The notes beneath the pieces are model-generated. The model worked only from the letters and a program-made list of their open reading frames with translations, was not told where the DNA came from and made no database searches. Both the position numbers and the translations under genes were made by a program. From Schizosaccharomyces osmophilus (lineage: Eukaryota), in assembly GCF_027921745.1 (NCBI RefSeq), contig NC_079238.1, forward strand, positions 4,092,001 through 4,156,000: a stretch of 64,000 bases of DNA, given 5' to 3'. Below are positions 35,949-46,439 of this stretch, one piece after another. How positions within the stretch are numbered: position 1 is the stretch's first letter; every line of letters begins with the position of its first letter.

Positions 35949-36884
35949 TTACACGTTTGAAAATACCTTATTAATCGTTTCAAAGGTATACCAAGTTATA
36001 CTCATGACAGGGATAATTTTCAACAAATTACTGAAGTATCCCCGGAAGAAACCAAACAGGCCTTCCTTGCTGTAGATTTTCACCATTGCATCTGGTATAC
36101 TTGAGTAATGGTATCCAATGCCAGGTATTCGGTTTACTTGGAATCTTCGCCTAAGAACATCAGCTGGAAATGCAAATGTTTGAGCAACGAATCCACTAAA
36201 CCCACCGAGAGAAAGTTTTTCTAAGACACTGAGATCTCGTCCCGAAAACATATATTCTTTACACCACTCATATGTAAAAAATACAATAGATACATAAGGC
36301 ACTACATTAAGTAGCGTCGCCGGAAGACCACTATAAAATGCAGCAATACCTCCTTCATTACGATAAATTGTCCTCAAAGTTGACATGAGATTTAGTGAAT
36401 GGGTATTGCAACCATCAATCATACTATTTTTGACTAAACCCGCCGTCTGTATTGAAAGTCTTGTCCTAGCAATGTCTAATGGATAAGTGCTAACGACACT
36501 AGCAGCTCCTGAGATGGCTCCAAAGATTAATCTTTCATAATTGTTTAGATCATTTCTACATGAGGCCTGTAACGTAAGTTGTTTTAATCCACTGTAAGTC
36601 GCAAATTGAACTGCACCGTAGGGAAATGCCCTTAAGCAATTCGTTCCATTTCCACGGAAAAATCCAAGAATGCCTTCCCGTTTCCATATTTTGGAAACTG
36701 TCGAAAATATGCTATTATATTCATTATTACTTTGAACTTGGAAGATGATTTTCATCCGTTCCAGAGGACTGGTTACAGTTCTACTAAGAGACGCACCTGT
36801 ACCGCCAGACAGCACAGATACAAACACGCTTTTTAAAAACCTTGGGGATTCATTAGCCGTAAGTAATGTATGATCTTTTTCCAT
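35949..36884 (-). CDS. Mitochondrial carrier (SLC25; SLC25A42/YPR011C-like adenine nucleotide or CoA subgroup)
   Basis: Three PX[DE]XX[KR] repeats (PLERMK, PLDIAR, PADVLRRR), FRGNGTNCLRAFPYGAVQF. First ATG is at 36884; the ORF track starts on a GTG. Confidence 0.9.
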   Translation of the reverse strand: MEKDHTLLTANESPRFLKSVFVSVLSGGTGASLSRTVTSPLERMKIIFQVQSNNEYNSIFSTVSKIWKREGILGFFRGNGTNCLRAFPYGAVQFATYSGLKQLTLQASCRNDLNNYERLIFGAISGAASVVSTYPLDIARTRLSIQTAGLVKNSMIDGCNTHSLNLMSTLRTIYRNEGGIAAFYSGLPATLLNVVPYVSIVFFTYEWCKEYMFSGRDLSVLEKLSLGGFSGFVAQTFAFPADVLRRRFQVNRIPGIGYHYSSIPDAMVKIYSKEGLFGFFRGYFSNLLKIIPVMSITWYTFETINKVFSNV

Positions 36885-36946
36885 CACAAGTAACCCAAGT
36901 ATAGTTTCTCAATCTCATGTACTAAGGCATCGACCCTCACACACCA

Positions 36947-36975
36947 ACCCTACCCTATCATGCAAAACAGTCACA
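36947..36975 (+). promoter_or_regulatory. HomolE (ACCCTACCCT, 36947-36956) plus HomolD (CAGTCACA, 36968-36975) ribosomal-protein promoter module
   Basis: Exact matches to both fission-yeast RP promoter elements, in canonical order, 50-80 bp upstream of the rpl18 ATG. Confidence 0.85.
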
Positions 36976-37024
36976 GTTCAATACACAACTTTTGAGTGAG
37001 AAATGCTACCTACACCGAGCCAAG

Positions 37025-37653
37025 ATGGTAAGTAAAAAAGATATTGCGCTTAAAATGCATTAATTAGAATAAGTGGCTAATTCATTCTTTAGGGTATCGA
37101 CATTGAGAGACATCACGTGAGAAAGTCTCAACGCAGCAAGCCTGCCTCTGAGAACGTGTACTTGAAGCTTTTGGTTAAATTATACCGCTTCTTGGCCCGT
37201 CGTACTGACTCACGTTTCAACAAAACTATCTTGAAGCGTCTCTTTCAATCCAAGACTAATCGCCCTCCTATCTCTATTTCCAAGATTGCTGCTTTGACTA
37301 GCCGCAAGGCTTCTAACCTTGAGGGCAAGACCGTCGTCACTGTTGGTACCGTTACCGACGATGAGCGTATGTTGACTGTTCCCAAACTCTCTGTCGCTGC
37401 TCTTCGCTTCACCAAGTCTGCCCGTGCTCGTATCTTGAAGGCAGGCGGTGAAGTCATGACTCTCGACCAACTCGCTCTTCGTGCCCCTACTGGTAGCAAC
37501 ACTGTTCTCCTTCGTGGTAGGAAGCATGCTCGTGAGGCCTACCGTCACTTTGGTTTCGGTCCCCACAAGCACAAGGCTCCTCACGTCCGCTCTGAAGGCC
37601 GTAAGTTTGAGGAAGCTCGTGGTCGTAGAAAGTCTCGTGCCTTCAAGGTATAA
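37025..37653 (+). CDS. rpl18: 60S ribosomal protein L18 (eL18); exons 37025-37027 (ATG only), 37093-37653
   Basis: [41 protein letters not shown]...[22 protein letters not shown]; strong codon bias. Confidence 0.97.
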
Positions 37654-38041
37654 GCTCGATAGTCTCAAAATCAATGCACCAAAAGGGTTTCTTTATGTAA
37701 GTTATTTGCTGTATTAGAAGTATTTTGAATGATAGTAGTTGATGTTGTATGTAAACGAAAAGCATCAGGTGTATGGCAAATAAATGCTAGCTAGGAAAGA
37801 GGTTATTTAGCAGACTTCTGTACCGGGGATTCAAGGTAAAAGGCATTCAAATTATTTATTAATATTGTTAACTAAGATCAATTTACGCAACAGTAAACAG
37901 AACACTGAAATAACAAAATGCAATTATGAATAAAAAATACAAACCAACAAACTTGCATTTTTTAGTATTTATTCTTTTCTTGTTTATTTCTTCATAAACA
38001 TCATTAGACACCAATGCCGGTTTAGACTTTCTTTTTCTTAA

Positions 38042-40066
38042 TTAGACATGGAAGGGTACGCGGGTGAAAGTGCGTGTCTGTGGGTCATAATTATATTGGT
38101 AAAAGTTTGTGCCGTACGGTTGCGGCTCAATACAATAAACAGTATGGAGAGGCACATTCAAATGTGCAATATCTTCTCGACGGCATCCCAGGAAATACGC
38201 GACTATAATTCTTGTGATGACTCTATGTCCAATAACTAGAACATGATGTTTCATGCGTTCTATCTCGACAATAACACTTTGAAGTCGATATATAACGTCC
38301 AGGTAACTTTCACCACCAGAACCGGGATATCTGTAATTAAGCTTATCCAACGCTCGAGCTTCGTACTCCTCGGGGTGCATGTTCTCTATCTGCTCATATG
38401 TAAGCTGATCGCAAATACCCGAACAAATTTCGTTTAGCATTCGCATAGCTTTGATATCATATTGTTCATCGTCAAAATATGCAGCAGTTTCCATGCTCCT
38501 TTTCATCATTGAAGTCCACACGCTGAAAGGCTTAATAATCTTTTCTTCATCTTCTGGATCCAATTCAATAGGAGTCCTTGCTTCAGTTGGAGACTGATTA
38601 TTATAGTCGGGTTGATATTGTTTTTTTTGATACAAGTTACCGCCATTTAAAAGATTGGATTCCCTCGTAATATCATAAAACAATCGATCTTGGAATTCCG
38701 CACGCTTTGTTTCGATAAACATTGCAAGATCTTCTCCGTATTGCTTTCCAAGATTGGTTAATGAAGCATTACCTCCTATACGGCCCATGGTGTTATCCAC
38801 GGACTCTCCATGACGAGTTACCCAAATCTGTCTAGGCGAAAGGTTGAAATTAAGCAAGAAGAAAACTGCCTGACCGGCAAGAAATCCCCGAATATTAAAG
38901 GCGACTACCTTTTTGCCTACATTAATGACCTTAATGTAGCGTAAATTCAAATCCTCCTCGAATTTTCCAAGCGGTTCGTACTTTTGTTCGTACAATCGAA
39001 CACGCTCCTGAAAGTCTCTAAGTGACTTCTCAGGATCCATATTTTTATAATCGGGACCAAAGAGTTTCATTCTCATGTTGGCAGCAATTAACTGCTCATC
39101 ATTGCAAACAGACTCGATGAAAAGGGTGGTTACGTAGGGAACATTCTTTAAGTGCTCGACGACAGCCTTCCTTCGGATAGCAGTGCTATTGGTGGCGTCG
39201 AAGATGCCAACGACACCATTCTCATTTTCAAACCAGTCGAGCAAAGCAGTTAGTGTATTCATCGCCATGTCCTCTCGAAGTTTTGAAGTTTCAGGATTGG
39301 AGGGATCAAAAAAAGAAGCATCGTCAGGTCCACGAGAAGCTTGTTTTCTTCTGAAGTTTCCGACGTTGAACGCTTTACAGTTATACTGAAGCCAATTATA
39401 GTATCGAACCAATTTGTTGACGATATACGATTTGCCTCGAGCCGGAAGACCGACCATAATAATTACTAGTTTTTCCTCTGGCGCAGTGCCCTCACCCTCG
39501 GAATTTGGATTCGAATACACACTGGAGGTTTGTCCCGGAATACTCATTGTGGAGCCTTTTCGTTTCATACTTTGGGCAAGCAGAAGGGGAGATGGTGGAG
39601 CACTATCGCTGGGTGGATGAAAACTGGGAACATGATGGAGTGAAGCAGGCCGGTACTCTGTGCGTAAAGAAGAGACTTGCTTTGGCAATGCAAAGTACCC
39701 TTCCGAGGCCATTCGTTTAGGCGTATGGGGCGAGTTTAAGTGAAATGGAACAGGAGACGAATCAGAAGAATGTAACGAAGATGCATCGGGAGTTGTGGAA
39801 GCGGATGGATGGGTAGGGGTAGTATTTTGCGATTTTATGGAGGATTCTGCATCCTGGGAAGAGGCATCTTGGTTGGAGACAAGGCCATTTTCTGTGAAAC
39901 GAGAGGGTAGTCTTGGACCTTGAAAATCCTTCAGGTTGTGTAAAGTATGACTGAGTATAGGGGAAGATGGTGGAGACTCGTGTAAGGTAGGAGAACTGAC
40001 TGGAGATTGAACAAGTTGATCCTCCTTGAAAAAGCTTGAGTCCCGTTCGCTGTTTGGCGCTGACAT
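38042..40066 (-). CDS. 6-phosphofructo-2-kinase/fructose-2,6-bisphosphatase family protein
   Basis: 674 aa; P-loop MVGLPARGKSY, FNVGNFRR, IFDATNST, FIESVCND, His-phosphatase TRHGES, YRYPGSGGESYLDV; Ser/Pro-rich N-terminus. Confidence 0.93.
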   Translation of the reverse strand: MSAPNSERDSSFFKEDQLVQSPVSSPTLHESPPSSPILSHTLHNLKDFQGPRLPSRFTENGLVSNQDASSQDAESSIKSQNTTPTHPSASTTPDASSLHSSDSSPVPFHLNSPHTPKRMASEGYFALPKQVSSLRTEYRPASLHHVPSFHPPSDSAPPSPLLLAQSMKRKGSTMSIPGQTSSVYSNPNSEGEGTAPEEKLVIIMVGLPARGKSYIVNKLVRYYNWLQYNCKAFNVGNFRRKQASRGPDDASFFDPSNPETSKLREDMAMNTLTALLDWFENENGVVGIFDATNSTAIRRKAVVEHLKNVPYVTTLFIESVCNDEQLIAANMRMKLFGPDYKNMDPEKSLRDFQERVRLYEQKYEPLGKFEEDLNLRYIKVINVGKKVVAFNIRGFLAGQAVFFLLNFNLSPRQIWVTRHGESVDNTMGRIGGNASLTNLGKQYGEDLAMFIETKRAEFQDRLFYDITRESNLLNGGNLYQKKQYQPDYNNQSPTEARTPIELDPEDEEKIIKPFSVWTSMMKRSMETAAYFDDEQYDIKAMRMLNEICSGICDQLTYEQIENMHPEEYEARALDKLNYRYPGSGGESYLDVIYRLQSVIVEIERMKHHVLVIGHRVITRIIVAYFLGCRREDIAHLNVPLHTVYCIEPQPYGTNFYQYNYDPQTRTFTRVPFHV

Positions 40067-40197
40067 AGTCTACAAGAAAAGAATTAAAGACAAAAATCGG
40101 TACGGATATGTAAACAAACACCAGAATCCTGACAAAGCAACACTCACTGAGTGGATCGCAACGATTCACTCAAAAAAAATAAAAAACGAGAACAGGG

Positions 40198-40233
40198 TCA
40201 AAATCAAAATCAAAATCAAGATCAAGATCAAGA
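40198..40233. repeat. Hexanucleotide microsatellite (TCAAAA)3(TCAAGA)3 followed by an A-tract
   Basis: Read directly from the sequence. Confidence 0.8.
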
Positions 40234-41502
40234 CGAGAAAGAAGAAAAAAAAAAAAAAAAAATCTCAAAAGATACTACTGACTCAAGTGTTTTGAATACG
40301 AATTCCAAGAGATGGACAAAAATCTATTCAAAATGAAGCAAAAACAAAACAAAAAAGGAAGAGGATGAAATTGCTTGCGATTCTCTCAAGTGTCATGAAA
40401 CAGAATGCTCCTTTCCTTGAATCGATCAGGGAATTCCGTAAAGAATTCAAAGCAATTCCAATACACGAAAAGAGAAGAGCTTGACGCAAACGAACAATTT
40501 CTATAAACAGCTTGTTTCTTACTTGGTATGTTGGTTGTTGATGAAGGACACAAATCTTACGTTGACATACCAAAAAAGACTTGAAGTAACAACAGGGAAC
40601 AAACCTTTACACGATGAAAATGTCAACTCGGTGGTGGTTGAACAAAAAAATAAAAAAAACACAAATGGCTATTTAAAAAAGACAATTTGAAGAAAAGAAT
40701 TTTTGGTTTAAAATGGAAAATGAATTTTCATGCTGCAAAGAAGAAAAGAAAAAACGATTTGTAATCAAGAAGCGAGAAACGTTAAATTACTTTATTTTGC
40801 TTTAACGAAGTAGCCACTGTTATATAAAGAATGAAGTTTCAATGGTAGCGCTGTGAAGAATGGACTTGACTGCAAAGGTTCGAATAGGCAAGATCATAAT
40901 AAGCGACTTTATAGGAGCCCAGAAGTGATTCTTTTAGGAATTATCAGCCTCAGCATCGTCACACATAAGAATGCAACATTCGGTTCGTTTGAAATGTGCA
41001 ATGACAACACTTTTAGCACAGTTCGTTTATTGATAGTCTTGTCTCATGAGTGAGACACACTGACACAAACCTTTCACTGTTTCTCACTCGCTTTCACTGT
41101 CTCATACAATCCGTGCCACCTTCAGATGTGATAATTTACATAAGGATAGCAGAAGAAATCGCTATGTAAAATAACGAATGAGTGTGCGCTTCCTTAACCT
41201 TGGCTTCGAAAAGTTTAGACTCCACCAAACAGATTTGATGTTGGAAGAGATGGCGGATAGTGGTTGGCTTAACGGTTTCTAAGCGGAATGATTTGGCGTT
41301 TGAGGAGAATCGGCTTTTATTGAGCGGATCAGGTCCGAACGAGTTCATAAGAAGCCATTGCAATGATTTCAGAAGCTACTCTTTCCTACTCACAACATAC
41401 ACTCAAACAGACTTTGCTTCATACTCCCAATTCTTTTCGCAATTATTAAAGGTCTGATTTAATTTGATTCTAATTCTTTGAAATATCCATCTGCTTTCAA
41501 AC

Positions 41503-42228
41503 ATGTCTCTAGCTGACCAGCAAGAAACGCACGCTTTCAATCAAAGCATCTACTCAGCTCTCTTCCGTGGTGGACTCGTTGGTTCTGCGCTTGGTACTCT
41601 TGGATGTATCGTCGGAAGTAGATACTCTCCTGGTTTCCGCCGCCTCTCGTTCCCTCGTAAATCTTGGCTCGTCATCGGCGCTGGTTCTGCTGTCAGTGTT
41701 ATTTACGCCGATAAGGCGACTTTGAAATTCGACACCAATCGTTTCAGCAAAATTAAGGAAGTGGACGACTCTACAAAACATCTCCCTTGGAAGTATAGGG
41801 CTTTGTACTATTACAATGAACACAAGTGGCCCATCATCTTGGGTACATGGGCAAGCACCCTTGGCTTAAGTATGTACGCTGCATCTCGCAATCGCTACGA
41901 TACCCTCCCTCAGAAACTTGTTCAGGCAAGAATGTATGCCCAAGGCGTTACCGTGCTCGTCCTTTTGGGAAGTGTTTATCTGACCGCCGTTGCCAGTCGC
42001 TTGGAACCTCCCGCGCAAGCAAAACTCGTTACCGACCCTACCGACCCCTCAAAGCTAATGTCTGTCGAGACAAGCTCCAAAGAACGCTATCCTGGTGAAT
42101 ATCAATGGCAAGTCTTGGTTGCCAAGGAAGAAGAGCGTCTTCGTCATTTAAATCTTCCCCTTCGTACCGGCCAGTCATCGTCTTCTTCATCCAACGATTC
42201 TGACTCTTCCGACAAACTCTCGCAATAA
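41503..42228 (+). CDS. rcf2: HIG1-domain respiratory supercomplex factor Rcf2
   Basis: 241 aa; four hydrophobic segments, [31 protein letters not shown]-terminal QWQVLV..EEERL. Confidence 0.9.
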   Translation: MSLADQQETHAFNQSIYSALFRGGLVGSALGTLGCIVGSRYSPGFRRLSFPRKSWLVIGAGSAVSVIYADKATLKFDTNRFSKIKEVDDSTKHLPWKYRALYYYNEHKWPIILGTWASTLGLSMYAASRNRYDTLPQKLVQARMYAQGVTVLVLLGSVYLTAVASRLEPPAQAKLVTDPTDPSKLMSVETSSKERYPGEYQWQVLVAKEEERLRHLNLPLRTGQSSSSSSNDSDSSDKLSQ

Positions 42229-42678
42229 AGTTTCCTCTCTCCTCTCTCCAGTTTCTTTTCTATTTGAGATGAATTTCCCGTCGTTCTGTAAGGCTTTCCT
42301 TTGGTTGGGATTCATTTTTCCTTGATATTTCCCTCTTTAAAATGATTTTTTCCAGTTCGCCTCTCCTCCATCACCTCTTTCTACGTTATTTTTGTTGATC
42401 CTATTCTTGTAAGTTTATGGATTTTTACGCCTTATCCTTGTGTTACTTGTAAGGGAAAAATCACCTAAAAATTATGTTTTTGTTTGTCGTTCTTTCGATT
42501 CTAGTTATAATACTAATAATAATTTCCGTTTGTTCTCTCCTTACGTATACAGTCAAAACCGCTTTCGTTTCCTTACCAGGGACCTACCAGTAAATACGTA
42601 AATAAATTATGAATTACTATATGAACAAAATGAATGAATAGAAAGGATGTGTACATAGAGAGAATCCAATTTTCCGCA

Positions 42679-43900
42679 TTACCAATACACATCCCAATTC
42701 TCCGAGACTGTAAATATTTCCCTCCAATGCAGAATGGAACGTTGTAAAAAGCGAAAGTAAGGTCCTGACTCTTTCTCTTTCATTATCAACAACGAAGCTA
42801 TATCGTTGGACTGAAGGAAGGATGGCCCCATGCAAATGACCAGGTTTTGAGAATTCATCAAATTTTCGTCTTGATGCTCGTCTATTTCAGATAAAAGAGA
42901 GAATATGTATTTAGCAGCCTTTTGGGAATTCTCATCCATATTTTCTTCAACAAATTCCCGTAGAAGCACGAGGGACTCCTTTGTTTCTTCAAGATATTGA
43001 TCTTGGGCCTTCGACAGGTCTTCAATGAACGTATTGGAAAACAGAGGTATGCTTGTTGAGCGAAAAATGTGCTTGATCAATGCGCAGGCAGAAAAGGCTC
43101 CAAAGCTTTCTAGATCCACGGTGCACTGATTCTCGTATAATTCAATGAGAATATCCAAGTGCTTTTTCGAACATGATCGGCGAAACAACCCTTGCACGTC
43201 TAAAGAATTCCGGACGACTCGGCACGCATCAATCAACGCATCTGGAGGACGAGACCAATTTTGAATTGGGGTATGGAAGGAAGAATTGTTCAAAGAAGAT
43301 TCTTGCTGAACGCTCGCATTTGAAAAAATTCGTGGCTCGACTGTACGATCAAATTCATATACCATAACTGGAAGCTTTAACTGTCGGAGCGGAAGATGCT
43401 TAGCGAGATGAGAGAGTGAGGAGCTATAATGAAATTTTTGGTAAAACTTTGGGCTTACAAAACTCAGGAGCGTACGGATAGCCATACGAGACAACCAATC
43501 CGAGTGGACCACATGCACAGCCTTGGCGTGCTTGTGTAGATAATAATCCATTTTCAAGTATGCCTTTGCGCAAAAATTCAGGTAAGGAAGGATATTGCTT
43601 TCATGAGAAAAAAAGACGGCTGTGTATTTTTCGTCGGCAAAAACGAGTTCATGTGCTCTATTATACATTCTTTGTATAATGTCTGTATCTCCCGAATCCA
43701 AAAGCGGCTTCAAATATGCAGTTACAACCACCAGGATCTTGTCGTCTATACATGAGTCAGAATTGCGTTCCCATACCAATTGAGACTTTGGGAAAACAAG
43801 AATCTCGCAATTACAACCATGGAGTCATTAAAAAGTTCCATACGAAAATTGTCTTGTGGATCCTAGTTTTGTTCAACCATCCATCTTTACTTACGTTCAT
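42679..43900 (-). CDS. CRAL-TRIO/BCH plus RhoGAP protein; probable exons 43895-43900 and 42679-43785 (first exon tentative)
   Basis: KAVHVVHSDW, VSPKFYQKF (BCH/Sec14-like); GLFRRS arginine finger, NLMNSQNLVICMGPSF (RhoGAP). The long exon has no ATG at its start; ATGAAC|GTAAGT upstream joins in frame. Confidence 0.82.
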
Positions 43901-44306
43901 TGTCGACCCCCGAGACAAAGCAGAAACGTTTCAAGTCATCTTCCATTCCAACGAGTTTCAAATTTCCTTATTGAAGTGCTTCTCTACAACCTCAAAGACC
44001 TTCGCTAGTCAAGTAGATTCGTTTGCTGAGGAAGTTCGGTATTTTATCCTCATAGAACAGGTATCAACCAGGAAGTAGCACTAGCAATGCTACTAGTGTT
44101 TGAAGAACGGCCCCGTTAGGATAGCTTACCCAGAATCCCACATAGTCCCTGTGTGGTGGGTTTACAGTCTCTCGTGAGGGACACTTGGAGAGTGGGGGGA
44201 CCAACCCCCAAAATGGTAGGATGGATGGCTGGTTAAGTATGCATAAGAGACCCAAAAAGGAATGCCATGCTAAGCAGCTGGAGAAAGCATAAATCACCCA
44301 AATGAG

Positions 44307-44316
44307 TTTCTTTGTT
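44307..44316 (+). promoter_or_regulatory. Ste11 TR-box TTTCTTTGTT
   Basis: Exact 10-bp TR-box 65 bp upstream of the ATG at 44381. Confidence 0.55.
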
Positions 44317-44380
44317 GGTACATGGGAACTAATTTATTTAAGCAAAATGAATTTCGTTGAGTAGCCTAGTTTTTTCTTCC

Positions 44381-44953
44381 ATGCCTGCAGTATCCCTATC
44401 TCAATTGCCCAGCCGGTTCTCTTGGTCAAGTGCCTCGTCTCTTTCGACGGAAGACGAATCTGTAGATATTAGTACATTGAGCTTTAATGAATTTGAATCT
44501 TCTATCCAGAAAATCCTGGGACATACCTTGAAGACGTCAGCGCCCTCGTCCACTTCGATACCTTCATGCGATCTGAGTATTCCCTCAAGCAATTTGAGTG
44601 ATCGTTTTAGCTTTGATACTTCTAGCACTACTACAAAAATAAGCGTTCAGAGTCCGGGTAAATTGAGTGATCGTTCATCAACTTGTCCAACATCTTCAGT
44701 ATCAAAACATCCTATATCTCAGAGGGCCAATTCGAAATATGCAAAGAGCTCAAAGCTAAAGAAAAAAAATGATACACTTGGAATGGTATCTTCCAAGACG
44801 AATTCTTTCAACTCGAATGTTTCGTTCCTCTGGTTTCATCCAAGAGTGCAGTTTTTTCTTCATCATTTTGCTACCCTTGGTCGTCCTTCCTCCGCTTCCT
44901 ATTCTTCTACACCTTCGGTATACGGAAATTGGAACACCTGCGCCATTTGCTAA
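44381..44953 (+). CDS. Lineage-specific Ser-rich protein ending in a CaaX box (CAIC)
   Basis: 190-codon ATG-initiated ORF in an otherwise empty intergenic slot; no recognisable domain. Confidence 0.65.
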   Translation: MPAVSLSQLPSRFSWSSASSLSTEDESVDISTLSFNEFESSIQKILGHTLKTSAPSSTSIPSCDLSIPSSNLSDRFSFDTSSTTTKISVQSPGKLSDRSSTCPTSSVSKHPISQRANSKYAKSSKLKKKNDTLGMVSSKTNSFNSNVSFLWFHPRVQFFLHHFATLGRPSSASYSSTPSVYGNWNTCAIC

Positions 44954-45360
44954 TTCAAACACCTTAAAGAAGTTGCCGAGTTCAACAACCTAAGGTTCAT
45001 CCTTTTCTTTTCAATTATGCATCTTTCTTTCATGTTCTCTTCACGTTCTCATCTTGCATACACCCTTTGATTCCCTTATGTTTTTCGTTTCAGTCTCCTT
45101 TTTCTCTTTAGACTTTTGCATATATATAGTAATGTTAAAATTCTCTGTTAATTAAAAATCTGCATTAAAATAAATCTAAGAGAAGTTATGAAAAGTAAAG
45201 TCGTAATCTTATAAAAAGAAAAAGGAATTTCTACTTTTTCTTTATGTTTGTTTAACATTAGAAGTCTTACTTCTATACTCTCTTTCCCAAATCAAGAAAG
45301 AGCATACACAAAAAAAGGACAAAACAAAAAAAGGGAACAATTATACCAAAAGTCCAAAGA

Positions 45361-46346
45361 TTATGCTTTTCGGGAAAGTATGAAGGAAGGCGATTTGCCA
45401 TGCTTCTGTAGGCTTCTAAAGTACTGGAGAGGTTTCATATCAGCAGAAATCGGATGCTCTTTGCCATCATAACTCAGCAAGAGTTCATAGCTTACCCAAG
45501 TACTGGGATCAATGCGATACTTCTGCAAGGTGGACGTTAACACTTCATGGTAAGAGGAGTTTACAGTCATTTTTGGAACCTTTTTGCTTTCAGTGGTACT
45601 CAGAGGAGCGTGATCATTTACTTCCAAATCAAAACTTCCTGCCACAGTTGGAGAAGACTGTGAGGGCTGAAAGATTGAACTGTTCTCGGAGCAAGTATCT
45701 GAGTTGATCAATTTAGTTTCTTTAAAGTTCAACGCAAGCTTTCTCAAAAGAGGAAGAAACTCGGAATTCAGTGAATTTATTGTTTTTACGAGCTTAGCAT
45801 TTTCTGCTTCCAAATAGTCGATTCTCTTTTCTAAAGCCAACAGTGATAACTTCACTCGCTCCTGAGTATTCATCTCCTCATGATTATCAATTTGTTGTAT
45901 GGGAGGCGGACTTTCTTTGGCTTGTTCTTTATGACTTTCTTTCAAATCATGGATAGCTGACAAAATATCCAGACGATGGCCTATACTCAAAACTCCCATA
46001 TCGCGTAGATCATTCGAGTTTACCAAGACAAGAGTTTTTCCCAAAATACAGTTTTCTAGTAATTTCATTAGTATATTGACCTTCCGTGTACGTTTCCATG
46101 AAAAGTAAATGTGAAGCAAGCAAGTGTGTTTTAAAACGTATATAACCTTTTATAATTTTTTTCGAATATATTAAAACAAAGAAGATTGCAATGCAATCAA
46201 AAAGAACTATCAAGAATTCCATGCTTCCTCACTGTTTTTGACCATTATAGCATACCTTGGAAAATAGATTTGTATGGAAATCCCAACTGCTCAATCCAAG
46301 AGCATACAGCTTCATTATTCCAGTCCCAATAGTATCCTTCTGCCAT
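45361..46346 (-). CDS. ste4: Pheromone MAPK adaptor Ste4 (SAM, leucine zipper, RA-like); exons 46256-46346, 45361-46055
   Basis: MAEGYYWDWNNEAVCSWIEQLGFP..|ENCILGK..NDLRDMGVLSIGHRLDILSAI (SAM), LEKRIDYLEAENAKL, KPLQYFRSLQKHGKSPSFILS. Intron of 200 nt, GTATGC..CTAAT..TAG. Confidence 0.92.
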
Positions 46347-46429
46347 CAGTTTCAAATGGTTTATGCACAAAGGTTAATGATGCCAGCAAAAATCGTCTTT
46401 TCCCAGATCTCCCTTTTCATAAAGGTCCA

Positions 46430-46439
46430 AACAAAGAAA
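46430..46439 (-). promoter_or_regulatory. Ste11 TR-box upstream of ste4
   Basis: TTTCTTTGTT on the minus strand 84 bp upstream of the ste4 ATG; ste4 is a known Ste11 target in S. pombe. Confidence 0.6.

Noticed and set aside
40026..40336. ORFs with IKIKIK or QNQDQD and poly-Lys
   Set aside because: Translations of the hexamer microsatellite and A-tract.
41040..41105. Short repeats CTTTCACTGT x2 and GTCTCA/TGAGAC inverted pair
   Set aside because: Too short and too few to distinguish from chance; no element ends or target-site duplication.
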